Positions 1-8,815 of a DNA stretch of 64,000 bases are shown piece by piece. The first letter of the stretch is position 1. Every line of letters starts with the position of its first letter. Position numbers and translations under genes: made by a program. The DNA lies in NCBI GenBank assembly GCA_964415885.1, contig CAYQCE010000009.1, positions 3,338-67,337 on the forward strand. Reading direction: 5' to 3'. The notes under the pieces are model-generated. The model had not been told where the DNA came from. It made no database searches and worked only from the letters and a program-made list of their open reading frames with translations. The DNA is from an uncultured Ignavibacteria bacterium. Lineage in GTDB: Bacteria > Zixibacteria > MSB-5A5 > JAABVY01 > JAHJOQ01.

Positions 1-174
1 GCGTTGATGGCCGCCGGCGTTCCGGAGGGGGAGCATGTTCTCGAATTTGTCTATAAATCCGATGTGTATCACGTATCCAGGATAGTAACATACCTGACGG
101 TCCTGTTCATAGCTGTTTCAATTGTGCTATCTGCGGCGGTACCTCGATTCAAGAAGGAGAAACATGTTGGCTGA
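1..174 (+). CDS. 3' end of an upstream gene (partial); the C-terminal fragment is hydrophobic and membrane-protein-like
   Basis: Frame 1 stays open from the window edge to TGA at 172-174 (…LTVLFIAVSIVLSAAVPRFKKEK*). It overlaps the next gene's start by 11 nt. No family recognised. Confidence 0.3.
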   Translation, partial: ALMAAGVPEGEHVLEFVYKSDVYHVSRIVTYLTVLFIAVSIVLSAAVPRFKKEKHVG

Positions 175-886
175 GAAAGCGCTCGTTCTGCTGCCTACAT
201 ATAATGAGAAGGAGAACATAGAACGGATCATACCGCTGATTCTGAAACAGGATGACCGTTTGTTCATCCTGGTCATTGATGACAATTCTCCCGACGGTAC
301 AGGGCAGATTGCAGACCGGATTTCGGAGGAGAATCCGAGAGTGTTCGTGCTGCACCGGGACAAGAAGGAAGGCCTGGGACAGGCGTACATTGCCGGATTC
401 AAATGGGCGCTGGAGCGTGACTATGACTATATCTTCGAGATGGACGCTGATTTCAGTCACGACCCGAAGTACCTCCCGGATTTTCTCGAGAACATCAAGG
501 AAGCGGACATCGTTCTCGGTTCGAGATACATCTCCGGGGTAAATGTCGTCAACTGGCCGATGATGCGCCTTCTTCTTTCCTATTATGCCAATGCCTACAC
601 GCGCTTTGTGACCGGGCTTCCGCTGCGCGACGCCACCGGTGGCTTCAAGTGCTTCCGCCGGGAGGTTCTCGAGGCGGTGAATTTCGATGAGGTCCGCTCG
701 AACGGATACTCTTTTCAGATAGAGATGAGTTTTCGCGCGCACAAGAAAGGATTCAAGATCAAGGAGATTCCGATCGTCTTCGTCGACAGAACAGCCGGTG
801 AATCGAAGATGTCGAAGAAGATAGTGCGCGAAGCCGTAATAATGGTCTGGCGACTCAGGCTCTGGGACATTCTCGGTAAGCTGTAG
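164..886 (+). CDS. GT2 glycosyltransferase, polyprenol-phosphate mannose/glucose synthase-like (Dpm1/ArnC-like)
   Basis: ATG at 164 is preceded by AAGGAG at 153-158. The protein has GT2 hallmarks (LLPTYNE, VIDDNSPDGT, EMDADFSHDP) and a Dpm1-like overall layout. The ORF track's 122 start is a TTG with no RBS. Confidence 0.85.
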   Translation: MLAEKALVLLPTYNEKENIERIIPLILKQDDRLFILVIDDNSPDGTGQIADRISEENPRVFVLHRDKKEGLGQAYIAGFKWALERDYDYIFEMDADFSHDPKYLPDFLENIKEADIVLGSRYISGVNVVNWPMMRLLLSYYANAYTRFVTGLPLRDATGGFKCFRREVLEAVNFDEVRSNGYSFQIEMSFRAHKKGFKIKEIPIVFVDRTAGESKMSKKIVREAVIMVWRLRLWDILGKL

Positions 887-892
887 ATTGCC

Positions 893-1735
893 GTGCTCTC
901 CGTAATCATAATCAACTACAACACACGTGAATTGACCGCGAATGCAGTCCGCTCTGTTCTAAGCAGTTCGGGTGACGTACCGATTGAGGTCGTTGTTTTC
1001 GACAACGGCTCCGTAGACAACTCAGTGGCGTACCTCCAGAGACGCTTCCCTGAGACACGCGTCATACAGTCGGAGTTCAATCTCGGCTTTGCGAGAGCTG
1101 TGAATCGTGCTGCTGAGGAAGCGAACGGTGAGTTTCTCTGGCTCGTCAACAGTGATTGTTTCGTGCGTGCGGACGCGGCTGCCGTACTCTACAACTACAT
1201 GCGCGAGAACCCGGATGTTGCGGTGGTCGCGGGAAAGCTGACCAACCCTGATGGGACATTCCAGGGATCATGCCGTCACTTCCCGACCTACTCCAATATC
1301 CTGTTTTCGCGTGGATCACCGCTCTCACGGCTTGCAGGAAAGGGCGTTTCGTACACTCATCCCGATTACTCGGAGCCGACCGGGGTTGATGCGTGCGCGC
1401 TCGCGAATGCGGTGATTCGAAGGGAGCATTTCGAAGAAATCGGCGGGTTCGATGAGAGATATTTCATATATCTTGAAGATACGGATTTGTGCAAGAGGCT
1501 TAAGGACCACGGCTACAGGACTGTCTATCATCCCGGGGCGGAATCGGTTCATCTTTGGGGCGTCAGCTTTCAGGGCAATCCTGTTCAGCGCTACTTCTAT
1601 CATCACGCCTCCGTGGTGAAGTACTTCCGTAAGCACTTCGAGAGCCGGAAACTCAAGAATTCACTCTTTGAGCTGATGCTCGAGCTTTGGCTGGGGATTA
1701 GATGTCTGTTTGTTATCATGAGGGGTCGTATCTGA
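893..1735 (+). CDS. GT2 family glycosyltransferase (rhamnosyl/galactofuranosyl-transferase-like)
   Basis: GTG start 7 nt after the previous stop, so operon coupling is likely. N-terminus reads SVIIINYNTREL…VVFDNGSVD… with a DxD-like segment (YLEDTDL), typical of GT2. Confidence 0.8.
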   Translation: MLSVIIINYNTRELTANAVRSVLSSSGDVPIEVVVFDNGSVDNSVAYLQRRFPETRVIQSEFNLGFARAVNRAAEEANGEFLWLVNSDCFVRADAAAVLYNYMRENPDVAVVAGKLTNPDGTFQGSCRHFPTYSNILFSRGSPLSRLAGKGVSYTHPDYSEPTGVDACALANAVIRREHFEEIGGFDERYFIYLEDTDLCKRLKDHGYRTVYHPGAESVHLWGVSFQGNPVQRYFYHHASVVKYFRKHFESRKLKNSLFELMLELWLGIRCLFVIMRGRI

Positions 1736-1736
1736 G

Positions 1737-2783
1737 ATGATCGTGTACGTCGCCACATCTGCTATCGCTCTGATCCTCGGTTTCAGTGGGGCATATCTGG
1801 CAATAGGATTCTGCGAGCGCTACTCGTATCTCGACTATCCTACTCGCCGCAAGCAGCATCTGTACCCGATTCCGCATCTCGGCGGGATTGCGCTGTACAT
1901 CGCCTTCTGGGTTGCGTTTGGAATCGGTTACTCATTCTCGGATGTGATTCGTCTGGAGCTGGAGTACAAGCTTCCACTTCTGTTTCTCGCTTCGACGATC
2001 GTGTTCCTCACCGGCCTGATCGATGATCTGATTGACCTGACACATCTTCACAAAATCGCGGGTCAGCTCGCAGCCGCACTTGTCGTTCTGGCGGCCGGGT
2101 TTGTTATACCGAGGTTTCATATCCCCTTTTGGGGTTCTATCGAGCTCGACTGGTGGGCCGCCTACCCGGTGACAATTGTGTGGATCGTCGTGCTGTCGAA
2201 CAGCATCAATCTGATCGATGGCTCGGATGGTCTTGCGGCTTCGGTATCGATTGTTGTATGTCTCGGATTCCTGATAACCGGAGTGCTATTGGATGTTCAG
2301 ACTGTGATTGTTGTATCTATTTGTCTCGGCGCTGCGCTGATAGGATTTCTCGTCTTCAACTGGCCTCCCGCGAAACTCTTCATGGGCGATTCGGGGTCGC
2401 TTTTCCTTGGATTCATATTCGCGCTGGAGGCGGTAATCTGCCCGATCAAGAGCTATGCAGCGGTGGCAATGTTCGTGCCGCTGGTTGCGGTGGGCGTGCC
2501 ATTGATCGAGGTCGCGGTGACCTTCGTACGGCGCACTATCTCGGGCCAGCGCTTCTATGTGGCCGATAATCGCCATATCTACAATTACCTGATGGACTAC
2601 GGTCTCGGCCCAAAGCAGACGATCTACATCCTTTCTGGTGTCTCACTTGCACTTACAGCGTTTATCCCGGCTCTTTTTTGGTTTGACCGCAAAAAAGTTT
2701 TTTCTATATTCGTATTGTTTCTTTTGACTTTGCTGGTATTATTCTTTGTTTTGAAGCTCAGAAGGAGCGAAAGCAGGTCTTGA
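1737..2783 (+). CDS. Polyprenol-phosphate N-acetylhexosamine-1-phosphate transferase (WecA/MraY family, GT4)
   Basis: Polytopic membrane protein with the family motifs [10 protein letters not shown] and [12 protein letters not shown]. Starts 2 nt after the upstream stop. Confidence 0.85.
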   Translation: MIVYVATSAIALILGFSGAYLAIGFCERYSYLDYPTRRKQHLYPIPHLGGIALYIAFWVAFGIGYSFSDVIRLELEYKLPLLFLASTIVFLTGLIDDLIDLTHLHKIAGQLAAALVVLAAGFVIPRFHIPFWGSIELDWWAAYPVTIVWIVVLSNSINLIDGSDGLAASVSIVVCLGFLITGVLLDVQTVIVVSICLGAALIGFLVFNWPPAKLFMGDSGSLFLGFIFALEAVICPIKSYAAVAMFVPLVAVGVPLIEVAVTFVRRTISGQRFYVADNRHIYNYLMDYGLGPKQTIYILSGVSLALTAFIPALFWFDRKKVFSIFVLFLLTLLVLFFVLKLRRSESRS

Positions 2784-3745
2784 TGAGTAGCGGAATTGTT
2801 CTCGAATTCGAAAAGCCTATTGTCGAGCTTGAAAAGAAGATTCTCGAGATGCGGGAATTCGCCAAGGGCGAGTCTATTGAGCTGACGCGCGAGATTGAGA
2901 GTCTGGAGAAGAAGCTCGATAAGCTGACGCAGGAGATCTACTCGGGCCTCACGCGGTGGCAGAGAGTGCAGCTTGCACGTCACCCCAAGCGCCCATACAC
3001 GCTGGACTATGTTCAACATATGACAGACGGATTCCTTGAGTTGCACGGTGACCGGGGCTTCGCGGATGACAAGGCTGTGGTGTGCGGCCCGGCGAATTTC
3101 CGAGGCAGAAAAATCATGGTGATTGGGCAGCAGAAGGGTCGGGACACCAAGCAGAAGCTCTATCGCAACTTCGGAATGATGCATCCCGAGGGATATCGAA
3201 AGGCTCTCCGTTTCATGCGACTCGCCGAGAAATTCGGGTTGCCGATAATGATTTTCGTGGACACTCCGGGGGCGTACCCGGGTGTTGGAGCGGAACAAAG
3301 AGGCCAGGCCGAGGCGATAGCCTTCAATATTAAGGAGATGGCGCGAATTGAGGTGCCAATCATAATTTCAATAATCGGCGAGGGAGCTTCGGGGGGTGCA
3401 CTGGGTATCGGCGTCGGTGATGTCGTCCTGATGCTCGAGAACGCATGGTATTCGGTAATATCTCCTGAAGGCTGTGCGGCAATTCTCTGGAGAGATGCTG
3501 CCAAGGCGCCGGATGCTGCTGAGGCGCTTAAACTCACCGCCCCGGATTTGATCGAGCTCGGAATAGTCGACAAGATTGTGCCGGAGCCTCCGGGCGGTGC
3601 TCATCGCGACCATAAGGGAGCCGCCGGCATTCTCGCGGACGAAATAGAAGCCAACCTGAATAAGCTTCTCGAGCTGCCGAAGGATGATCTTCTTGACAAC
3701 AGACTCGAGAAGTTCCGCGCGATGGGGGTGTTTTATCACGAATAA
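2780..3745 (+). CDS. accA: Acetyl-CoA carboxylase carboxyltransferase subunit alpha
   Basis: N-terminal coiled region followed by [11 protein letters not shown]…, the crotonase-fold GAYPG…[10 protein letters not shown] segment and the AccA C-terminus. 4-nt overlap with the upstream gene. Confidence 0.9.
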   Translation: MMSSGIVLEFEKPIVELEKKILEMREFAKGESIELTREIESLEKKLDKLTQEIYSGLTRWQRVQLARHPKRPYTLDYVQHMTDGFLELHGDRGFADDKAVVCGPANFRGRKIMVIGQQKGRDTKQKLYRNFGMMHPEGYRKALRFMRLAEKFGLPIMIFVDTPGAYPGVGAEQRGQAEAIAFNIKEMARIEVPIIISIIGEGASGGALGIGVGDVVLMLENAWYSVISPEGCAAILWRDAAKAPDAAEALKLTAPDLIELGIVDKIVPEPPGGAHRDHKGAAGILADEIEANLNKLLELPKDDLLDNRLEKFRAMGVFYHE

Positions 3746-3755
3746 GGAGTTGACC

Positions 3756-3917
3756 TTGTCGGACGAGTTGCTTGAGATACTCGCCTGCCCGAAATGTAAG
3801 GAAAAGCTGAAGTTTGATGAATCTGCCAATAAGTTGATTTGCAATAGATGCCGACTCAAGTACAGGGTGGAAGATGCTATCCCGGTTCTGCTTATTGACG
3901 AGGCTGAGACGTTTTAG
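3756..3917 (+). CDS. Trm112-like small zinc-ribbon protein (YcaR/UPF0434 family)
   Basis: LLEILACPKCKEKLKF…LICNRCRLKYRVEDAIPVLLIDEAE matches the Trm112/YcaR pattern. The start is chosen as TTG 6 nt after AAGGAG (3744-3749). The longer ORF beginning at 3684 overlaps accA and lacks an RBS. Confidence 0.55.
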   Translation: MSDELLEILACPKCKEKLKFDESANKLICNRCRLKYRVEDAIPVLLIDEAETF

Positions 3918-3934
3918 TGCCATAGGAGACCTAA

Positions 3935-4387
3935 ATGAAACTGTCAAAATTCTCTTCCGAAGAATTGGTTACATTCGACCTGAAGAGTACGGATAAAGTT
4001 GAAGTGATTCGCGAACTTGTGGAGCTTGCGGCCAATTCCCCGCTGGTCAAAGACAAGGAAGAGTTGTACAAGGACGTAGTAGAGCGCGAGAATCTCGTAA
4101 CGACCGGCGTCGGCTACGGTGTGGCGTTTCCGCATGCCAAGACGCGCGCCGCTCGCGGGATTGTAATTGCGTTCGGAAGGTCGGACGAGGGAGTGGATTT
4201 CGATGCGATGGACAAGAAACCGGTCAATCTCTTCTTCCTCATAGCGGCTCCCGAGGATGCAATCGGGGCGCATTTGAATGTGATGGCAAGACTGTCGTTT
4301 ATAATGAAGAGCGTCGAGAACCGTGAAAAACTGATGAACGTCCAAAGCCCTGGAGAACTTCTGCAGATAATCGATTCGGTGGAATAA
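3935..4387 (+). CDS. ptsN: PTS EIIA type-2 domain protein (PtsN / EIIA-Ntr-like regulator)
   Basis: 150-aa protein with the EIIA fructose/mannitol fold signature …GVGYGVAFPHAKT… (phosphorylatable His) and PtsN-like size. No PTS transporter genes are nearby. Confidence 0.7.
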   Translation: MKLSKFSSEELVTFDLKSTDKVEVIRELVELAANSPLVKDKEELYKDVVERENLVTTGVGYGVAFPHAKTRAARGIVIAFGRSDEGVDFDAMDKKPVNLFFLIAAPEDAIGAHLNVMARLSFIMKSVENREKLMNVQSPGELLQIIDSVE

Positions 4388-4397
4388 CTGAATATCA

Positions 4398-5189
4398 ATG
4401 AAATGGATTTCTTCTGTCGCAGCTAAACAGAAGCCGCTAAGGACTGGCATCATACTGGCAGGCCTGAGCCTGCTACTCCTCTTTCTGCCCTTTTCTGCGC
4501 AGGAGCTAATCGGCTCGGTCATACAGACGGTATTCTACTCGCACTTTTACGGCGTTTCAAATAAGCTCGGCGATCTTCTCGAAGTCTACGACATCAATCG
4601 CCAGTTGAAGGCTACCATTTCGCAGCAGAGACTGGAGTTAACAGCACTGCGTGAGTATGAGAAGGAGTCGAAGCGACTGCGGGAACTGCTCGGCTTCAAG
4701 GAATCGTATTCATTCGATATTGTGCCTGCGGAGATAGTCGCACTCGATCCCAAGCGCCGCCAGAACGCTGTGATTGCGGAAATCGGCCCGGAGCAGACGG
4801 TTTCGGCGAATCTGCCCGTGGTAAACGTCGACGGTCTTGTGGGGAAGACGACTGCCGTACTCGGCGATCTGGTCACTGTCGAGCTCTTGACATCACCGAA
4901 TTGCAGAGCCGCAGCACGCGATGCCAACACACGGGTGCTCGGAATTGTGAAATGGGCCGGTGGCCGATACCTCCAGTTCGACAATGTCTCGCTTAGTGAT
5001 TCAGTGTCGGTGGGCGATACAGTGATAACGTCCGGGCTGGGCGGGATATTCCCGGAGAATTTGCCTATTGGCACAATCAGCTCGGTCAAGGAGGGGACAT
5101 CTCCTTTTTTCAAGGAAATTGAGGTCGATCCGTTCGTCGACTTCGGTGCGCTCGATGAGCTAATCATTCTCACGAGAGGCGAGAGGTAA
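4398..5189 (+). CDS. mreC: Rod shape-determining protein MreC
   Basis: N-terminal TM segment, coiled-coil and C-terminal beta-domain (…TSGLGGIFPENLPIGTI…). Sits immediately upstream of the mreD/PBP2/rodA genes. Confidence 0.85.
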   Translation: MKWISSVAAKQKPLRTGIILAGLSLLLLFLPFSAQELIGSVIQTVFYSHFYGVSNKLGDLLEVYDINRQLKATISQQRLELTALREYEKESKRLRELLGFKESYSFDIVPAEIVALDPKRRQNAVIAEIGPEQTVSANLPVVNVDGLVGKTTAVLGDLVTVELLTSPNCRAAARDANTRVLGIVKWAGGRYLQFDNVSLSDSVSVGDTVITSGLGGIFPENLPIGTISSVKEGTSPFFKEIEVDPFVDFGALDELIILTRGER

Positions 5190-5199
5190 GGGTAATCGT

Positions 5200-5691
5200 T
5201 TGGCGCGGAAGGTGGTCATTTTCGTCGGGCTTCTGCTCGCGATCATAGTATACCAGACGCTGATTGCCGATCTGATCACGCTTGGCACAGCGCGCCCCGA
5301 CCTGATTATAGTGCTCATAGTGTGGCTTACTTTGACGCGCAATCTTATGTGGGGAGTGGCATTCGCATTCGCCGCCGGTATTCTTGAGGATTCCCACTCT
5401 CCCCATTTTCTCGGTCTCGGCGCTTTTCTGAAGCTCGGAGCGGCAGTGAGCGTTCATTTTCTCTCGCACAGGGTCAGAACGGAAGGCCTTTTCGTGCGTA
5501 TAATCATGGTTATCGGTGTGGTGATAGCGCATGACATTCTATACTTCCTTGTCGTCTATGCGTTCGATCCAGAGCTCGAGATAATTGCGCTCCTGAATAC
5601 AATTATACCGAGCGCGATATATACATCGTTTATTGCGGCGTTCGTTTTGTACATGTCTGAAAGGAAACTGACAATCACCTTGGAATCGTGA
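5200..5691 (+). CDS. mreD: Rod shape-determining protein MreD (small polytopic membrane protein)
   Basis: 163-aa hydrophobic multi-TM protein lying between mreC and mrdA. Assigned on position and hydropathy, since MreD is poorly conserved. Confidence 0.6.
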   Translation: MARKVVIFVGLLLAIIVYQTLIADLITLGTARPDLIIVLIVWLTLTRNLMWGVAFAFAAGILEDSHSPHFLGLGAFLKLGAAVSVHFLSHRVRTEGLFVRIIMVIGVVIAHDILYFLVVYAFDPELEIIALLNTIIPSAIYTSFIAAFVLYMSERKLTITLES

Positions 5692-7547
5692 TGGAAGGGC
5701 TTAATTCAAGATCATTAAGGGCTAATATCCTTGCCGGCTTCTTCGTGTTGCTGGTCGTTCTGCTGATAGGGAAGATGTTCTACATGCAGACGTTCCAGTA
5801 CGGCAACTACTTCGAGATATCCGAGGAGAACCGGATCAGGATAGTCCCACAGATAGCGGTTCGCGGCAAAATACTTGACCGGTTTGGCAAGCTGATCGTG
5901 GACAATCGTCCATCTTACGTGGTTGCGGCCGTGCCCAACGAGGTTACCGATGTCAGGGTTGCATCCTCCAACCTCTCCGATCTTTTGGGGATATCTGTCG
6001 AGCGGATCGAGAGCAAGATCCGACAAAGTCGATTACGGAGGCATCAGCCGGTAAGACTGAAACGTGACGCGCCTTTCGAGACAGTTTGCAGGATTGAAGA
6101 GGCTGCCAATCTTTACCCCGGAGTTGTCCTGCAGCTCAACCAATCGAGAAACTACCCTGAGGATGGGTCTGCTGCACATCTGCTGGGGTACCTATCCGAG
6201 GTGACAGAAGAGGAACTGGACAAGTATCGCTCGAAGGGGCTTCACTCCGGATCGCTGATCGGGCGAAAGGGCGTTGAGAGAGAATATGATGATTTCCTTC
6301 GGGGCATAGACGGCACCCGCTTTCTTGAGGTATCGGCGGAGGGGCGGATAATAGGACCTCTCGAAACACGCGACCCTGTGGAGCCGGTACCGGGATACTC
6401 GCTGAAACTCGGCCTCGACTACGATCTTCAACAGTTCGGTGAGTCGCTATTCGTCGCGGATACTCTGACAGGAGCGGCCGTGGCGCTTGATCCGAATAAT
6501 GGCCACGTTCTTGCGTTTGTTTCGGAACCGACATTCGACGCCAACCTGTTTACCGGTCCCCTGTCGCCGGAGGACTGGAAGAGCCTCTCCACCGACGGGC
6601 GTCACCCGCTGCTCAATCGTTGCATACAGGCGACCTACCCGCCCGGGTCAATTTACAAGCTTATCGTAGCCGGTGCCGCACTCGAATCAAAAACCGCAAC
6701 GCCGAACACGAAGTACCTGTCTTGCACGGGTGGTTATCGCTACGGCAATCGAATATTCAAGTGCCATAAGCTCTCCGGGCACGGTGTGCTGACTATGATT
6801 GACGCTATCGCTGCCTCCTGCGACGTTTACTTCTATCAGCTCGGCAAAGAGATGGGCCTGAAGCACTGGGCTGATTATTCGCGTGCCTGCGGTTTCGGCA
6901 CACCAACCGGCATAGACCTGGATGACGAAGCCGCCGGGCTGGTGCCGGATAAGCAGTACTACGACAGGAGGCACGGGGAGGGCCGATGGCCGTCATCACT
7001 GATTCTGAACCTGTCGATCGGCCAGGGTGAGCTTCTGGTTACGCCGCTACAGATGGCGCAGTTCTATGCTGCGCTGGCAAATGGCGGAACGCTGTACAAG
7101 CCGAAAGTGCTCTACAGCCTTGTCACGCCCGAGGGCGAGATTCACCGTGATCCGGAAGTCGCCGGGGAGCTTCCATTTTCACCATCGACAATAGCGCTGC
7201 TCGATTCTGCAGCGACGGATGTTGTCTACGGCGAGTTGGGCACCGCGTGGCGAGCGAGGGTAGATGGCACGACAGTCTGCGGCAAAACCGGCACCGCTCA
7301 GAATTCTCTTGGAGATGGTAACGAGCACGCGTGGTTCTGTGCGTATGCGCCGCGTGAGAATCCGAAAATCGCTATAGCGTGCATCGTCGAGACCGCCGGT
7401 CATGGTGGGACTGTTGCGGCTCCGATTGTCGGCAAGATGATAGAGAGATATCTGAAGAATATCGGTGTGATAAAGGACAGTATTCCGATGCCGCTGGAGC
7501 AGTTCATGGCGCAGGAGGACGAGGTGGATGATGACGGTGAACTTTAA
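5688..7547 (+). CDS. mrdA: Penicillin-binding protein 2 (peptidoglycan D,D-transpeptidase)
   Basis: N-terminal TM segment, PBP dimerisation domain and a transpeptidase domain with SxxK-type (…ATYPPGSIYKL…) and KTGT (…CGKTGTAQ…) motifs. GTGA/ATG start overlaps the mreD stop. Confidence 0.9.
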   Translation: MMEGLNSRSLRANILAGFFVLLVVLLIGKMFYMQTFQYGNYFEISEENRIRIVPQIAVRGKILDRFGKLIVDNRPSYVVAAVPNEVTDVRVASSNLSDLLGISVERIESKIRQSRLRRHQPVRLKRDAPFETVCRIEEAANLYPGVVLQLNQSRNYPEDGSAAHLLGYLSEVTEEELDKYRSKGLHSGSLIGRKGVEREYDDFLRGIDGTRFLEVSAEGRIIGPLETRDPVEPVPGYSLKLGLDYDLQQFGESLFVADTLTGAAVALDPNNGHVLAFVSEPTFDANLFTGPLSPEDWKSLSTDGRHPLLNRCIQATYPPGSIYKLIVAGAALESKTATPNTKYLSCTGGYRYGNRIFKCHKLSGHGVLTMIDAIAASCDVYFYQLGKEMGLKHWADYSRACGFGTPTGIDLDDEAAGLVPDKQYYDRRHGEGRWPSSLILNLSIGQGELLVTPLQMAQFYAALANGGTLYKPKVLYSLVTPEGEIHRDPEVAGELPFSPSTIALLDSAATDVVYGELGTAWRARVDGTTVCGKTGTAQNSLGDGNEHAWFCAYAPRENPKIAIACIVETAGHGGTVAAPIVGKMIERYLKNIGVIKDSIPMPLEQFMAQEDEVDDDGEL

Positions 7548-8760
7548 CGTCGGATTCTCCAAAATCACACTCATCCTCACCATCTGTGGGCTGCTGCTTA
7601 CGTTTATCGGGATTCTTTTTGTCCAGAGCGCGATGTACGCCGCACCGTCGAAATACGAGCAGGATTACTACAAGCGCCAGATGCTCTGGATGATGGTTTC
7701 GCTTCTGGTGTTCATCTTTGCTGCATTTCTGCCGATGCGTGTGTACGAAGTCCTGGCGTATGTCTTCTACGGAGTGGTGGTTATTCTGCTCATTGTACTC
7801 CTGCTGAAAGGGAGCGGGGGAAGATCGTCGCGATGGTTTAACTTCGGGTTTTTCAACTTCCAGGTCGCAGAGCTGGCGAAGCTGGCAGTGATTTTTGTTC
7901 TCGCGCGATATCTCGCCTATTCCCGTCGACCGGCAAACTCGGTTATCAAGCTCGCTGCAGTTATCTTCCTCGTTGCCGTACCTATGCTGCTCGTTCTCAA
8001 GCAGCCCGATCTCGGTACGTCGCTGGTATTTCTTGCGATTGTGATCGTGATCCTGTACTGGTCCGGAATCCCGGGGCCATACATGCTACTGATGATTTCA
8101 CCTGTGGTGAGTCTGATCGCATCGTCGCACTGGCTGTCATGGGTCGTATTTCTCCTGCTACTGCTTGTGCTTCTCCGGTTCATTAAGCCGGGAGCGCTGT
8201 TCGGGACTCTGACGATTGGCGTGAATCTTCTCGTGGGAATGATTATGCCTTTCGTATGGAATCGTTTGCAGGACTACCAGAAGAATCGAATCCTCGTGTT
8301 CCTTGATCCCGGGCGTGATCCACTCGGGGCAGGCTACCAGATAATTCAATCGAAAGTTGCAATTGGTTCCGGAGGGCTCTGGGGCAAGGGTTATATGTCG
8401 GGTACGCAGACAAACCTTGCGTTCATTCCGGAACGCCACACAGATTTCATATTCTCGGTGCTCGGTGAAGAGTTCGGATTCTGGGGCGGGCTTTTAGTGC
8501 TGGTGACGTTTTTGGTGATTATACTCCTCGGCATACATATAGCATTCAAGTGTCGAAATCGATTTATGTCCTATGTCGCGGTTGGTGCGATTACGGTTTT
8601 CACATTTCAACTCGTGGTAAATGTCGGGATGACTCTCGGCCTGATGCCCGTGACGGGTCTTCCGCTACCGTTCGTGTCGTACGGTGGATCGTCTCTGATT
8701 CTGAGTTGGGCGCTCCTCGGGCTGTTGGTGAATGCTGAGAACAACTGGCAGGAGTATTGA
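7528..8760 (+). CDS. rodA: Rod shape-determining protein RodA (SEDS family peptidoglycan polymerase)
   Basis: Ten-TM FtsW/RodA/SpoVE family features (…PDLGTSLV…, …FIFSVLGEEFGFWGG…, …GLPLPFVSYGGSS…). Overlaps the mrdA end by 20 nt. Confidence 0.9.
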   Translation: MMTVNFNVGFSKITLILTICGLLLTFIGILFVQSAMYAAPSKYEQDYYKRQMLWMMVSLLVFIFAAFLPMRVYEVLAYVFYGVVVILLIVLLLKGSGGRSSRWFNFGFFNFQVAELAKLAVIFVLARYLAYSRRPANSVIKLAAVIFLVAVPMLLVLKQPDLGTSLVFLAIVIVILYWSGIPGPYMLLMISPVVSLIASSHWLSWVVFLLLLLVLLRFIKPGALFGTLTIGVNLLVGMIMPFVWNRLQDYQKNRILVFLDPGRDPLGAGYQIIQSKVAIGSGGLWGKGYMSGTQTNLAFIPERHTDFIFSVLGEEFGFWGGLLVLVTFLVIILLGIHIAFKCRNRFMSYVAVGAITVFTFQLVVNVGMTLGLMPVTGLPLPFVSYGGSSLILSWALLGLLVNAENNWQEY

Positions 8761-8815
8761 CGTCAGATGCTGACGGATATGATTGAATATGTACAGAAAT
8801 CAAGGAGATAGAAGT

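Noticed and set aside
149-742. 197-aa minus-strand ORF
   Set aside because: It is antisense to the GT2 glycosyltransferase (DDNSPDGT/EMDADF motifs on the plus strand).
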